This document shows, one piece after another, positions 13,162-24,127 of a DNA stretch of 64,000 nt (positions are counted from its first letter, which is position 1; the number at the start of each line of letters is the position of its first letter). The position numbers and the translations under genes are program-made. The stretch comes from Vermamoeba vermiformis (taxonomy: Eukaryota). The notes beneath the pieces are model-generated. The model ran no database searches, was not told where the DNA came from, and was given only the letters and a program-made list of their open reading frames with translations. The stretch is from NCBI GenBank assembly GCA_045837725.1, contig JBEWZL010000132.1, positions 186,001 through 250,000 on the forward strand, written 5' to 3'.

Positions 13162-15114
13162 TCAACGCAAGTACACCAAGAATGCCCCGTCACCGACAAG
13201 TTGATACTCGAGTTGTCTGTTGTGCAACAGATCTTCAACAGCAGGCCGCAGCTTAGCCTTGCCACCCATGCTGTGTTTGCCCGCACCAGTGATCACGCGC
13301 AAGAACTTGGTCTTCGTGTCAGCATAGAGATCGAGCAATTCACGGAGTACTTGGCTCGCTTCTTTGACTTGCAAGCCGTGCAGATCCACTGAGCTGATGG
13401 TCTGACCCTCAGCACGACTAGTGTGGTGTTAGTATATATATTCAATCTATTAGCTGCGATGCTTACTGCAACAAGAAGATGTAATTGGCCAATAACTTGA
13501 CTGCGGCACTCATCTTCACTTCGTAGTCTCGACCCTTGTTGCGCAGTGCATTGGCTGCTGCACCATCGCCGTGACAATACGCGCTGTCGAGCAGTGAGCA
13601 ATCAGCGTGACTAGCAATGAGGTGCGATACATACCTGCAGGCAGCGTGGAAGTACTGATTGCGCGCCCAAATGGACTGTTGAATCACGTGCATTTGTTCT
13701 CGAATCTTCGCGCGCAGGTCAGTGCACGACTGAGATGCAGCACGTGATTTGGGCCCTGGCACAACGGATGTATTGCCTTTTTTGTACATTACCGTCTTGA
13801 AGGGTGCTTCTTTCGGCGCAGAAGTCACCTTCTGACGCGTGTCACTGGTCGATTCAGTCGATGCACGGACTGGTTCTTTTTTGTCCAAATTAGGCAAGTT
13901 GTTGTTGCTGACTGGCGCGTTGTCACCAAGTCCATAAATGGTATTCAAACACTGCACTGTCCTCGCCACGTGAAAGTTATTTTCAGTGAAGACTGCTGCG
14001 AGGATGTCATAGTCTATTTTTGGAAATTGCCGCTGCAACTGGTCTAATTTTAGCTTGGCACTCAACTCCTCGCCGTTGTCCCACTGATTGATGCGCGCTA
14101 CTTGCTGACGATTGCCTAAATTGGTATTGTTGTTGTTGCTGTACACTGCCTTAGCTTTGCGCTTGTTTGAGCTCTTTGAGTTGTTCCGCAGCAGTGTCTC
14201 AACAGCTGCTGGCACATCGCCACTGTGCTCATCGAGTGCGCGTTGCAGTGCCGTGGTGTCGAGTGTCGGGAACATCTCTTGCATCACTGACCAATCACTG
14301 CTCGGCTCGTCGGAAATTTCGTCGTTTGTGCTGGGCTCTGCTAACTGCGCGTGGTGTTAATTGGGTGAATAGCCTAATAAGGAAATCGTACCTCCATAGA
14401 CAGCAAGTGATCGATCGTTTTGCTCAAATCTTTTCCTTGTTCAGTGAAACACGAGATGAGCACGTGATTGTCGTACTGCGGAAATATCGATCGCAAGAAT
14501 TGTTCCGATGTTTCGACACGTGTCAAAGGTGCACTCGTACTGAGAGCGGTCAGCTGAGCGATGCACGCGTCCTCGTTGTAATTCGCCTCTGCCGCTACGA
14601 GTGCAATGATTGGTGCATCGATCACGTGCTTGAATTTGTGCTGCAGTCGCGCGATGAGTGAATCCGAGCTCTTTTTGACCTCTTTCGTCAGCTCTTCTAT
14701 TTGTCGACACACTGCTACTTCATCGCTCTTATTCTCTTCAATTAATAGGCGCAGTAGCTCATCATCGACGAGCTTTTCATCGTAATTGGCGCGCAATCGA
14801 GTGAAAAGCGCATCTGACAAGGAATAATTTAAATTTAAATGTATTATTATTCAGAAGTCTTATTACGTACCAGTGCGCTGTTCGGTCTTTTTCTTGGCAT
14901 CAGCTTCACTGCTCAATTTATCGAGAGCTTTGGTGCACTTGTTAACGTCGTAGTTGTAGTCTTCGAACAGCAGTGCGATAAAGTCGTGGTCGAACTGATC
15001 CTCGTACATATCAGTGAGATAGTCGAGGTTCTCTTGCGCTTTTTTTGACAGCACTTTCGCGCCATCAATGGTAGCAGATGCGCTGCCTGGCTTGGGGTTC
15101 AGCGATTTGCTCAT
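13162..15114 (-). CDS. Multi-CUE plus Smr-domain endonuclease (Cue2/NONU-1/N4BP2-like)
   Basis: Repeated CUE-like units (EMFPTLD..AVETLL, SIFPQYD, RQFPKID) and a C-terminal Smr domain (DLHGLQVKEA, VITGAGKHS). Confidence 0.85.
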
Positions 15115-15295
15115 TGATTCTTTACGGTCCCATGTACATCGTGGAGATGGTAGTATGATAGCTAGTGTTATATAGTCATAAGATACGTGATGTCCCTTGG
15201 AAGATGAATCAGAAAATGACGTCGGAATCGAATCGAATTAAATTTCAACTGACGTGCGCGAGTACCATAATAAGACTGTCAATATTATCTTACTC

Positions 15296-16119
15296 ATGCA
15301 TTTAAATAGAGCAATATTGTTGATAGTTGCCCTGCAGCTGCTAGTACAGCGCAGCGCTGGAAATATTACGGCAGATCAGTTCAAATGTCTGTTTACTAAT
15401 TTACGCACCTCACCGAATGTAAATCAATATGTGGATGCCATTAATCAAGGTAATATCAATTAATCAGCTTAATATCATTTCCGAACTTAATTATTAATCG
15501 TGTCATTCAGCATCCAATCGCTATGCTATTACAATGCCGCGAAGGCTACCGTAAGTAGTAATAGCAATATTATACCATATATTAATACTGACGAATGATC
15601 AAGGCTCTTCATTGCACTCAGTGGTTGTAAGTACTTCCCAACACACACATCTCATCTCATGTGCCCTGACCAGACATGAGTGACTTTTACGAGCGATTTG
15701 TACTGCCAGAAAACACACTGTGCAAGTACGCAGTGCTAGTAAGTACCTACCCGTCCCCTCACGCATTCCTCACCCGTCACTAGGGTGGTTGCGCGTATCG
15801 TGGTCGCGGCGCATTCTTCGTGATGGGCAAGCCATTCTATCAACAGCTCACTGCGCACTTTGGCGTGGACTTTGTTGCTGCACCGAATGTACGTAACTGG
15901 AGCACGTGATTGACTTGACACGTGTCACTCACTGACCTCTACCAGCGCCTGTCAGAACTGCCCTATGCGATACTGTCAGCAGGGTGGTGGTGGCACGAGC
16001 TCAAGTTGAATGTGCTCGCGGATGTGGAGAACTTGGAGTCACTCACGCGCGCACTGGGCATCAGCACCAGCACCAAACTCGTCGAGTTCTGGGGCCGCAC
16101 ATTGAACTGCATGCGGTAG
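15296..16119 (+). CDS. Secreted GH19 chitinase/endolysin-like protein, probably catalytically inactive
   Basis: Signal peptide; spliced exons give YAITMPRRL, YRGRG, FGVDFVAAPN and SAGWWW..LNVLAD, resembling bacterial/phage GH19. Confidence 0.7.
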
Positions 16120-16290
16120 TGAACTATGGTGTCATGAACGAGTCGTAGAGTGCATTTTCATGAACGGAGCTATTGCCTGTATGTTATTTTGTGTGATTGG
16201 ACGAGTAAAGGACAGTTGAGTTCAGCGCTGTGTTTGCTACCACCCATGAGCTGTGCGCAGTACCTGTGATTGTTTCATAGCCCTCTATAA

Positions 16291-18855
16291 ATGTGGAAGT
16301 GTATTGGCCTGCAGATCTGCAGTCCGTTAGGTAGAGAGTTCGGATCGGCGTTATGCTTGCAATACCGATAGAACTAACATACTTATTTTAATAGCCAATC
16401 AAATTGTGAATAAACGAGTAAATAATGTAAATAGAACAGAGCAACAACGATTATTTAATGTAAAAAACAGAAAAATTAATCAGGTAAGCAGATCCACTTC
16501 AAATTACGATATCTTAATTTCTTTAATTCATAAATATTATAAATAGAATTAAAAAAATGATAAAAACTAAAATTGTATTTAGATCCCCGCTTGGATCCGA
16601 TCGTACTCATCACATCCGAAGTTTGTTAAAGAACAAGAGGAGTTAATAAGAAATCAAGTGTTAGAATATGAAAAGAAAAGGTCAAGTGGTGTAACAGATG
16701 CCGAATTAGCTTCAAATGATTGGCTGTGGCCGCTAGATCGTAAAGTGGATGTACCCCGCGAATTTCCAAACCCGAACGTGGCACTATCAATGCGTCTACT
16801 GGCACAAGAGAGAGCGCAACACACTGGCGAAGAGATTGATATTGAGGATGATGAGGCACTGGCGGACGAAGATATCGATGAGGACGAAGACTTGGACGAG
16901 GACGAAGAGGACGCACACGAGGACCAGGTGGAGGACGAAGAGCACGCGCAGAGTGAGGTGACTGAACACAAAGAAGAGCCTGTTGAGCCCGCACAGCTCA
17001 CCAACACCAAGCCCGCGGTGCCCGTGGCGTGTGGACTGGACGTGTTTGACGCGCGCCTGAGTGCAGCCAATGCGAGTGAGTTCGGTGCACTGGGCTTGAG
17101 ACCAGAGCTCGTGGAAGAGCTGCAGCGCCAGTTCAACATCACACAGCCCAGCGACATTCAGACCGTGAGTGTGCCCGTGGTGCTGCAAGGCCACGACGTG
17201 ATAATTGCAGGTCAGACAGGCACTGGCAAGACCCTCGCCTATCTGCTGCCACTCATGCAACGACTGCGCGCACTGCAGACACGCGCTGATTACAAGCGAC
17301 GGGGTCAGCGCACTCGCGTCATCATTGTCGTGCCCAATCGCGAGCTCGTCACACAGATCGTGGTATGACACCTGTCAAACAGACCGCAGCAGCGATCGAT
17401 TACTAATGACACGTGAGTAGGACGTCGCGTCTAAATTTGACCGCGTAGTGGTGTTAGATCACAACAATTCCATGAAAAAACAGCCTGCAGATCACGTGGT
17501 CGTGTATGGCACTGGTCAGGTACACTACTGGCAGTTAATTATAGAGGTGTTAGAGGCCGCACTAACACTGAATGTTAGGGACTGCGCACCATACGTCGCG
17601 AGGCCATTGACTTGACCAATGGCGTGGAGCTGTTAGTGAGCACCGCCGATCGATTGATGGAGCACGTGACCAACAAGCACCTGTCACTCGAAGACACCGT
17701 GTGCGTGGTGTTCGATGAAGCTGACACGCTGTTCATGAATCCCACGCAGCGACAGCACATTCAAGCCCTGCTCACTGAACTGCGTCACGTGGTTCAGCGA
17801 CGTCACGATACAGGTGCTGCTATTAATAGCAAACGACAGGCCAAGATCGAAAAACTGCAGCGTGCAGTCACGGGCGAAAACTTGCCTAAAAAGGATATCA
17901 GCGTGAGTCAGCCCATGCAGCATCTCTTTGTATCTGCCACAATCTCCCGTGAATTTGCGCAAATGTTGTTAGAGAACTTCAAGGTAAGCACGAACGTTCT
18001 TTCCTAATTTGGCAATCGCTGACAGCCAATCGCAGCACGCCAAGCAAGCCATCACCAGTCACGTGCACAAAACAGTGTCAAAGCTGCGACAAGAGTTCTT
18101 GTTCGGTGCTGCTGGCGACTTCAAGCGACGTGAGTGCTATTTATAGACCACTAATCACGTGACAACCACTGAATGACACGTCTGCAGGTCTGCTGTTTGA
18201 CACGCTGAGCAAGCACAAGAACAAGCGCACGATCATCTTCTGCAACACACTCGAGCACTGCAAGGCTGTCTATCATCTCTTGGACAAAAAAGGCTATTCG
18301 TGCGCCGTCCTGCACGGTGATGCTCCTTCGAAGAGACGCGCCGAACACTATACCTCGTTCAATGCTGGTGAGTGTCGCATATTGATCGCAACGGATGTGG
18401 CCTCGCGTGGTCTGGACATGCGCGCTAACGTCGAGCACGTGATTCTGTATGATTTCCCGCGCAACGCCATCGATTACATTCATCGCATTGGTCGCACAGC
18501 TCGTGCAGGCAATACTGGTTATGTCACTGCATTTGTTGGTCGCGCCGATCAGTCTCTCGCGGAACAGATCAAGGTAAATCAACCGCAAATTCAATTCTCA
18601 AAACTGATTCCTTTGTGTAGAAAGCATATGCTGATGGCAAGAGCTTCGAGGATATATTTAGACGCGTTGGTAAAACGACAGTACGTAATTCTCAGTCTCG
18701 GACAATTAGATCGCACTAACCGGACAATTTTTAATTTGTTGTAGCGCGAGAGAAAGGTCAAACAAAAAACGCCGAAAACGAATAAGAAGCCAACATTTAT
18801 TATTGACAAAGCAGGCAACATTGTAGAGTACACGCCACCCGAGAAACAGAAATAA
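16291..18855 (+). CDS. DEAD-box RNA helicase, probably organellar
   Basis: Q motif PSDIQ, GQTGTGKT, PNREL, DEAD, SAT, TDVASRGLD and HRIGRTAR; 5' exons inferred. Confidence 0.9.
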
Positions 18856-19066
18856 ATCGACGCTTGACATATCTTGACAGCTGTAGATATGCTCGTATTA
18901 CGAATGAATGCGTATGAGCTTCCTAATTCGAATTTAAATGTTTGAGTTCGGTCGCGCGCCTGCTATCTTCCAAATTAGGAAATTGCAATCCTCGAGGATT
19001 TTACAACGGTTGTTCGGACAATATTAATTACAAGCAACACATACAAACACCATAATATCAGCATTC

Positions 19067-20969
19067 ATGGCAGATACGCTGGTGGAAGCTAAGGAATTGA
19101 TCGGCAAGTACTCGGTTGCAGATGTTGCAAAGCACAACACGAGCGAAGACTGCTGGATCATCATTAAAGGACGCGTTTATGACGTAACGAATTTTCTCGA
19201 TGACCACCCTGGTGGCCCAAGCGTGCTTGCTGACGCAGCAGGTAAAGACGTAACTGAAGAATTTGAGCGCGTGGGGCATCCAGAAAGCGTGCAGAAGACC
19301 ATGAACAAATACCATATTGGCCTCATTGAATCTGCAAATACAAATAGCGAGAGCAGCGCGACTACAGCAACGAGTGAATTGCTAGTGGAAAACGAGAAGA
19401 AAGTGTTTGACAAGAAGAAGAACGGATGGGAACGATTCCGCGACTGGACTGACCGCAATCCATTCGTCTGGTACGTTGTAGCGTCGGGCATTGTGCTCAT
19501 GGTCGCTTGGATTGCTGCAGGTAAGGCGTAACAATACTGATCTGTCGTCACGTGCTTCGGATCTGATCCCTAATTAGGATTCGGTGAGAAAGCTGGCTAT
19601 GGAGGACGCTTTGAGATTGTAGGTTTTATACCTAATGTCACAGCATATGCATATCGATTGAAAGATCCGACCACTTGGCAGCTCATTGCACCATGGTAAG
19701 CGTTGAGGGCTACATCCAGCGAGCACTAACACTGACGGTACAAATTAGGGTCGGATACGCACCGCATCAAGTGCTGCACTTCTATTTTGTGTACCGCGCA
19801 CAGGCAGCAGCTCCAGCGTACAGCGACGAGTGGCGGTGGTTCAATTGGGACATGTTCAAGCTCAACTTCTTCTTTGTAGCTGTCAAATTCACCTTCAGTC
19901 ACTTCTTCTACAACGGACTGAGTGCTGTGCTGCCGCTGTGGTGCGTATTAACTGCTACTCCCTTAACCCTGCTTTGTGTTAATCGACAACAGGTTCGGTG
20001 TGGGCACTGTAGCAGTCATGTTGATGGTCGTCATAGTCATTAGACTGCCCGTCAGAGGTCTGTTCTTCGGCCAAGGACGCACCAAGTTCCTGCATCCGGT
20101 AAGTGCCGCATTCATGAATGAACTATTCACTGAACGAACTGACCATTCAGAAACTGTTGATGAAAGAGCTCGCAGACTTCGCGAAGAAATACCACGGCTA
20201 TTACATCAGCTTTGCACTGATCAATGACTTTTGGTACCACCCCTTTGAGGCCACTCCTGGGTACGAATAGCGGAGACATGCATGCATGAACTGCTTGTAC
20301 TGACGCAGTTATCAGTCACATGTTGGGTCTGTTCAACGACTTGCTCTTGTTGTGGCAGTCCTCAGCACTCTATCACCGCTCACATCGCAACAAGTACTGG
20401 ACACTCTTGCTCGAGACCATTGTCTTGCTGCACTCGGGCATCATTGCCATTCCTCGCGACACCTTCCTCGCGGTACGTAGTGACTAGCAGCGTGATACGT
20501 GTCAAATGCTGACATTGCCATGTAGGAGACAGCTGGTCGTGCCAAGGGCATTGCGTCGATGTTTGCATTCGGGTAAGTGACTCCCCCACAGCACTTGTGT
20601 TAGGCCCTATTACTGACTGCAGTCAGCTACGCCCTCATCTTCGTGGTGACGCAGATGTGGGATCTAGGCAACACTGTGGCCGCGCGCTGGGTGATCAGAG
20701 CCCTCTGTCTCGCGGCTTTTGTCACCGCATTTGTGCTGTACTACGTGCTGTCCAACTACGCGCGAGATATGTGGGAGATCATTCGCATTCCACTCATCGA
20801 ATACGGCGTTGTCATCTTCTTCATCTTTGCATTTGCAGGTCTGGCACGAATCGTGTGGAAAGGCACCAAGAAAGACTCGGTCGGCAGAATATTTTTAACT
20901 TCATTCTTCACGGTGATTTGTCTCGCGGTACCGTTTGTCATTCTGTCCTTCATTTTGAACGGTATCTAA
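19067..20969 (+). CDS. Cytochrome b5 domain fused to a His-rich polytopic membrane domain
   Basis: b5 motifs WIIIKGRVYDVT..HPGG and VGH; intron 19521-19578 continues the frame into multi-TM exons ending at TAA 20969. Confidence 0.8.
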
Positions 20970-21102
20970 TCGGCTCGTGTGTAATAATACTTCACTTGTA
21001 CAATTGTAACATTTTCGCGAACTAAACTGCAAACAGCAGCAAAACTGTTGTTTTTTTCACCGCTCGTTCAATCTACCTGTGTTCGTCAACACAACACCAC
21101 AC

Positions 21103-21490
21103 ATGGCATTGGCGTGCGAGCTCTACTCACCGGAACCAGTGCGCGTCACTCCAGGGACGAACCATGACCTCGTAGTCCTGTCAGTGAGACACTTGGACCT
21201 GCACGAGCTGATGTGCCAACAGATCCGCTTCGTGGAGCAGCTCGCAGCAGCAGACTATTTTGGCGTGACCAAGGTGCTGGCCTATGTGCCGCGAACAATG
21301 CGCGTACCGATTGAGCACGGTGAATGTGCGAATATATTGCCCGTGATTGCTACTGTGCCGCGCACTCGCGATTGATTGGTGATTAATAAATATTATTTTC
21401 GGATGATTTGCAGCTGCAAATGAATTCATCTTTGTTCTGACTGCAGGCCACGTGACCTGTCAAGTTGGCATCGCCTCGCTGTGGAAATAA
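21103..21490 (+). CDS. Small (~97 aa) hypothetical protein with one intron
   Basis: ATG at 21103, host-like codon usage, GT..CAG intron ~21319-21413, ends GIASLWK*. Confidence 0.55.
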
Positions 21491-21538
21491 CTTCCGATTT
21501 AATACTTCCTGTCCTATGTACATATAAGGCAATGTTCG

Positions 21539-22916
21539 CTATTGTTCGAGCTTTGACAGTTCAATCGCCCTCCGCATGTCCTCGTCCATGTCTTGCATGT
21601 CAAACTCCTCATCACGTGGTGCGTGACTGTGTTCTAATATCGGTGAGCTGTACGATGCCAGCTCATCACGTGATTTTTCATGAATTGGCTGTTGCTCCAC
21701 TTTGGAAATTTCTTCTTTGGATTGATTGACTTCCAAATTTGGCAACAACACCTGGTCAGCGGCTTTCAAAAAAGTGACTTGCTGGTAGATTTCGCGATAC
21801 TCTCGTAACAACAGCGCATTCTCCCTAATGAAGTGTTATTCATGAATCAGCATGTGACACGTGTCATTCGCCGTACTCGTCAAGCGTGTTAATCGCTGTC
21901 ATCAGTCGCTCAATCTCCGCATCATGCTCGTCACACAATGCCACCACAGAGTTGTTGCGCACTGTGTCGTAGGGATTGACGAGCACGTGATCTCCATGCG
22001 CAGCTGGATTCGGAAATTCTCCGATGAGACTGAAATCTTCGTCGGAATAATTAATGTCGTCCAGGTGTCGCTCGAGAGGTTCGTGCAGTGACAGGCCCGT
22101 GTCATTCACGAGCTTGCATTCGATCACGTGAGTGCGCAGTCGTGCCTCGAGTTCTAATAATAGCTCTTTGACTTCCTGATTTGGTAATGTAAATTCTGGC
22201 AAAGTTTTCTGCTCTGACACTTCATCAATCTCGGCATTGAGATCGATCACTTCGTCGTCGGTGCCACCTGTCACGTGACCAGTCAGCGCGGGGTGTCTGC
22301 GGAGAACTGTCGCCGTGTCACCAGAAACAGCACGTGGCACTGCATGCAGCACATAGCCGGCAAAGACTGTGGAATAAATGTGGTGGCGCACGCGCTTCAT
22401 GATCACGAGGGAGAACTGCACGGGAGATTGCGGGAGATCGAGCACGTGATTCATTTGCGACAACACCCAACTGCAGTGCACGTGACTGGCAAGCGTTGCC
22501 GCCAAATCTTTGCGCGAATTCGTGTTGTCAATGTGCGAGACGACGCGATAGCTGCCAAATATAGCATTTCCTTTTTGGGACATTAAGTGCGCATTAGCGT
22601 ACCAATCAGCACCATATGTAATAGACTGTAAATATTGACAGTTAGAGCAGTGAATAGGACACTAAGGCGATATTAAATATGCAGGGAAGATCAATGGGTA
22701 CGGCAGTAAGGCAAATAAAATAATATCGATAATTATAAATTAATTGCCAACACCAGCAAACATCTGACCAATAGTTGCTCCTAAAAATAGCTTGTTACGT
22801 GCCTTCACCACGTATCTGAGGCGCGTAATCTCCTCGCACGTGAGCAGCCCTTCAGTTCCCTCATCGAGTAGCGCGAGTTGCGTGAACAGTGATCGTGGTA
22901 TGACTAGACGATACAT
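21539..22916 (-). CDS. Possible Abraxas-like (inactive MPN) protein with coiled coil and C-terminal UIM
   Basis: EGTEGLL near the N-terminus, GSYRV, coiled coil and terminal DEDMRRAIELSKLE (UIM-like); the gene is clear but the family call is tentative. Confidence 0.45.
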
Positions 22917-23026
22917 GCTATTACTGACATTGCTAATGTACTCGTAAGATGAGTCGTGGTTGCCAAGGCAGATCTGAAAGATATTTGTTTCATTTTTTCG
23001 CGCGTGTCACTCTCAACACCTCAACA

Positions 23027-24063
23027 GATAGTCGTTCGACTTTCGGGTAAGGTAAATTTTACCTTCTTTTTTATTTACCTACCTGAAAAGTCGGAAGGTA
23101 ACCAAAACCAGGTTATATTTACCAAGGTAAATTGGTAAATTACCAGTGTGTAGCCTTCCTCTTACGGGCAATATGCTTGGGTGTTGAACCAATCCACAAT
23201 GTTAAATCCATTGGGGCTCAAATTAATAATTAATAGTGGAGTCAATTTAATTAATAATTACAATTCCAATTATCGGCGAAGCAACGTACGTTGCTTATCA
23301 AATACCCGTCAATTAGTAAACAACTCTTATTGAAGGTTTAATATTCCTGCAGGTCGAAAAGATCACGGCCAAGCTGAATACTAAATTTGTTGAGGCTTTA
23401 CAAAATTGTTCGTTCCAATTGGCGGATTGGATTGCAAGATCAACTTGAGCAAGTAGCGCCTCGAATAAGAACTTGCTAGTGCGGTCAAAGAACAGGTTAT
23501 TGTCCACAAAAAGATAATGCGAACAGAATTCGAGTTGCTGAAAAAGCTGATCGAGCGACTGAACCGCGAGGATTGCACAAATTGTAATACGATGAATAAC
23601 TCCCCCACGTAAGTAATGTTTCAATAGGGCTAATTAATACTAACCGACACCACAGTGCTGTTCCCGAGGTTTCGATCGAGGAAATAAAATCGCTTCTCTA
23701 GAGAAGACCTCACTACAAGCTATCGGTTCCAAATACAAATAAATCGACAAATGCAATAGTCTAATAAATTCAAAATGGCTGAAATATTGAATATAGAGAG
23801 ATTAATTGGAGAAGGGTCGCAACAGATTCAGCTTTCGAAGGCAATCCAGGACTTGTCACCTAAATAAAACCTTTTGATATACTTATCCAAGAAGCGTGGC
23901 CAATGTTACTTCTTTATAGTCAGCTTTACATCATAGATTGGCAATTGGAGGTAAATTTACCTTAACCTAAGGGAAAGGTAAATTATCCGTTTCCTACCCG
24001 AAAAGTCGGTAGGAAAAAAAAAACCAGGTAAAATTTACCTTACCCAGAAGTCGAACGACTATC
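23027..24063. mobile_element. Non-autonomous DNA transposon (~1.04 kb) with ~38-bp TIRs and 8-bp TSD
   Basis: Left end GATAGTCGTTCGACTTTCGGGTAAGGTAAATTTTACCT; the right end is its reverse complement with 2 mismatches; CCTCAACA is duplicated at 23019-23026 and 24064-24071; no intact ORF. Confidence 0.92.
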
Positions 24064-24127
24064 CCTCAACACGTGACACTATCACTGTCACTGCATTACA
24101 CGGCACTTAATTAACTGTACATGTGCA

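Noticed and set aside
21140-21430. Minus-strand ORF ending in TGA followed by more sense codons (possible selenoprotein)
   Set aside because: The plus strand gives a cleaner spliced gene; no redox motif or SECIS was seen.
21500-21515. ATACTTCCTG resembling the U1 snRNA 5' end
   Set aside because: It mismatches ATACTTACCTG, and no U1 stems or Sm site follow before the next gene.
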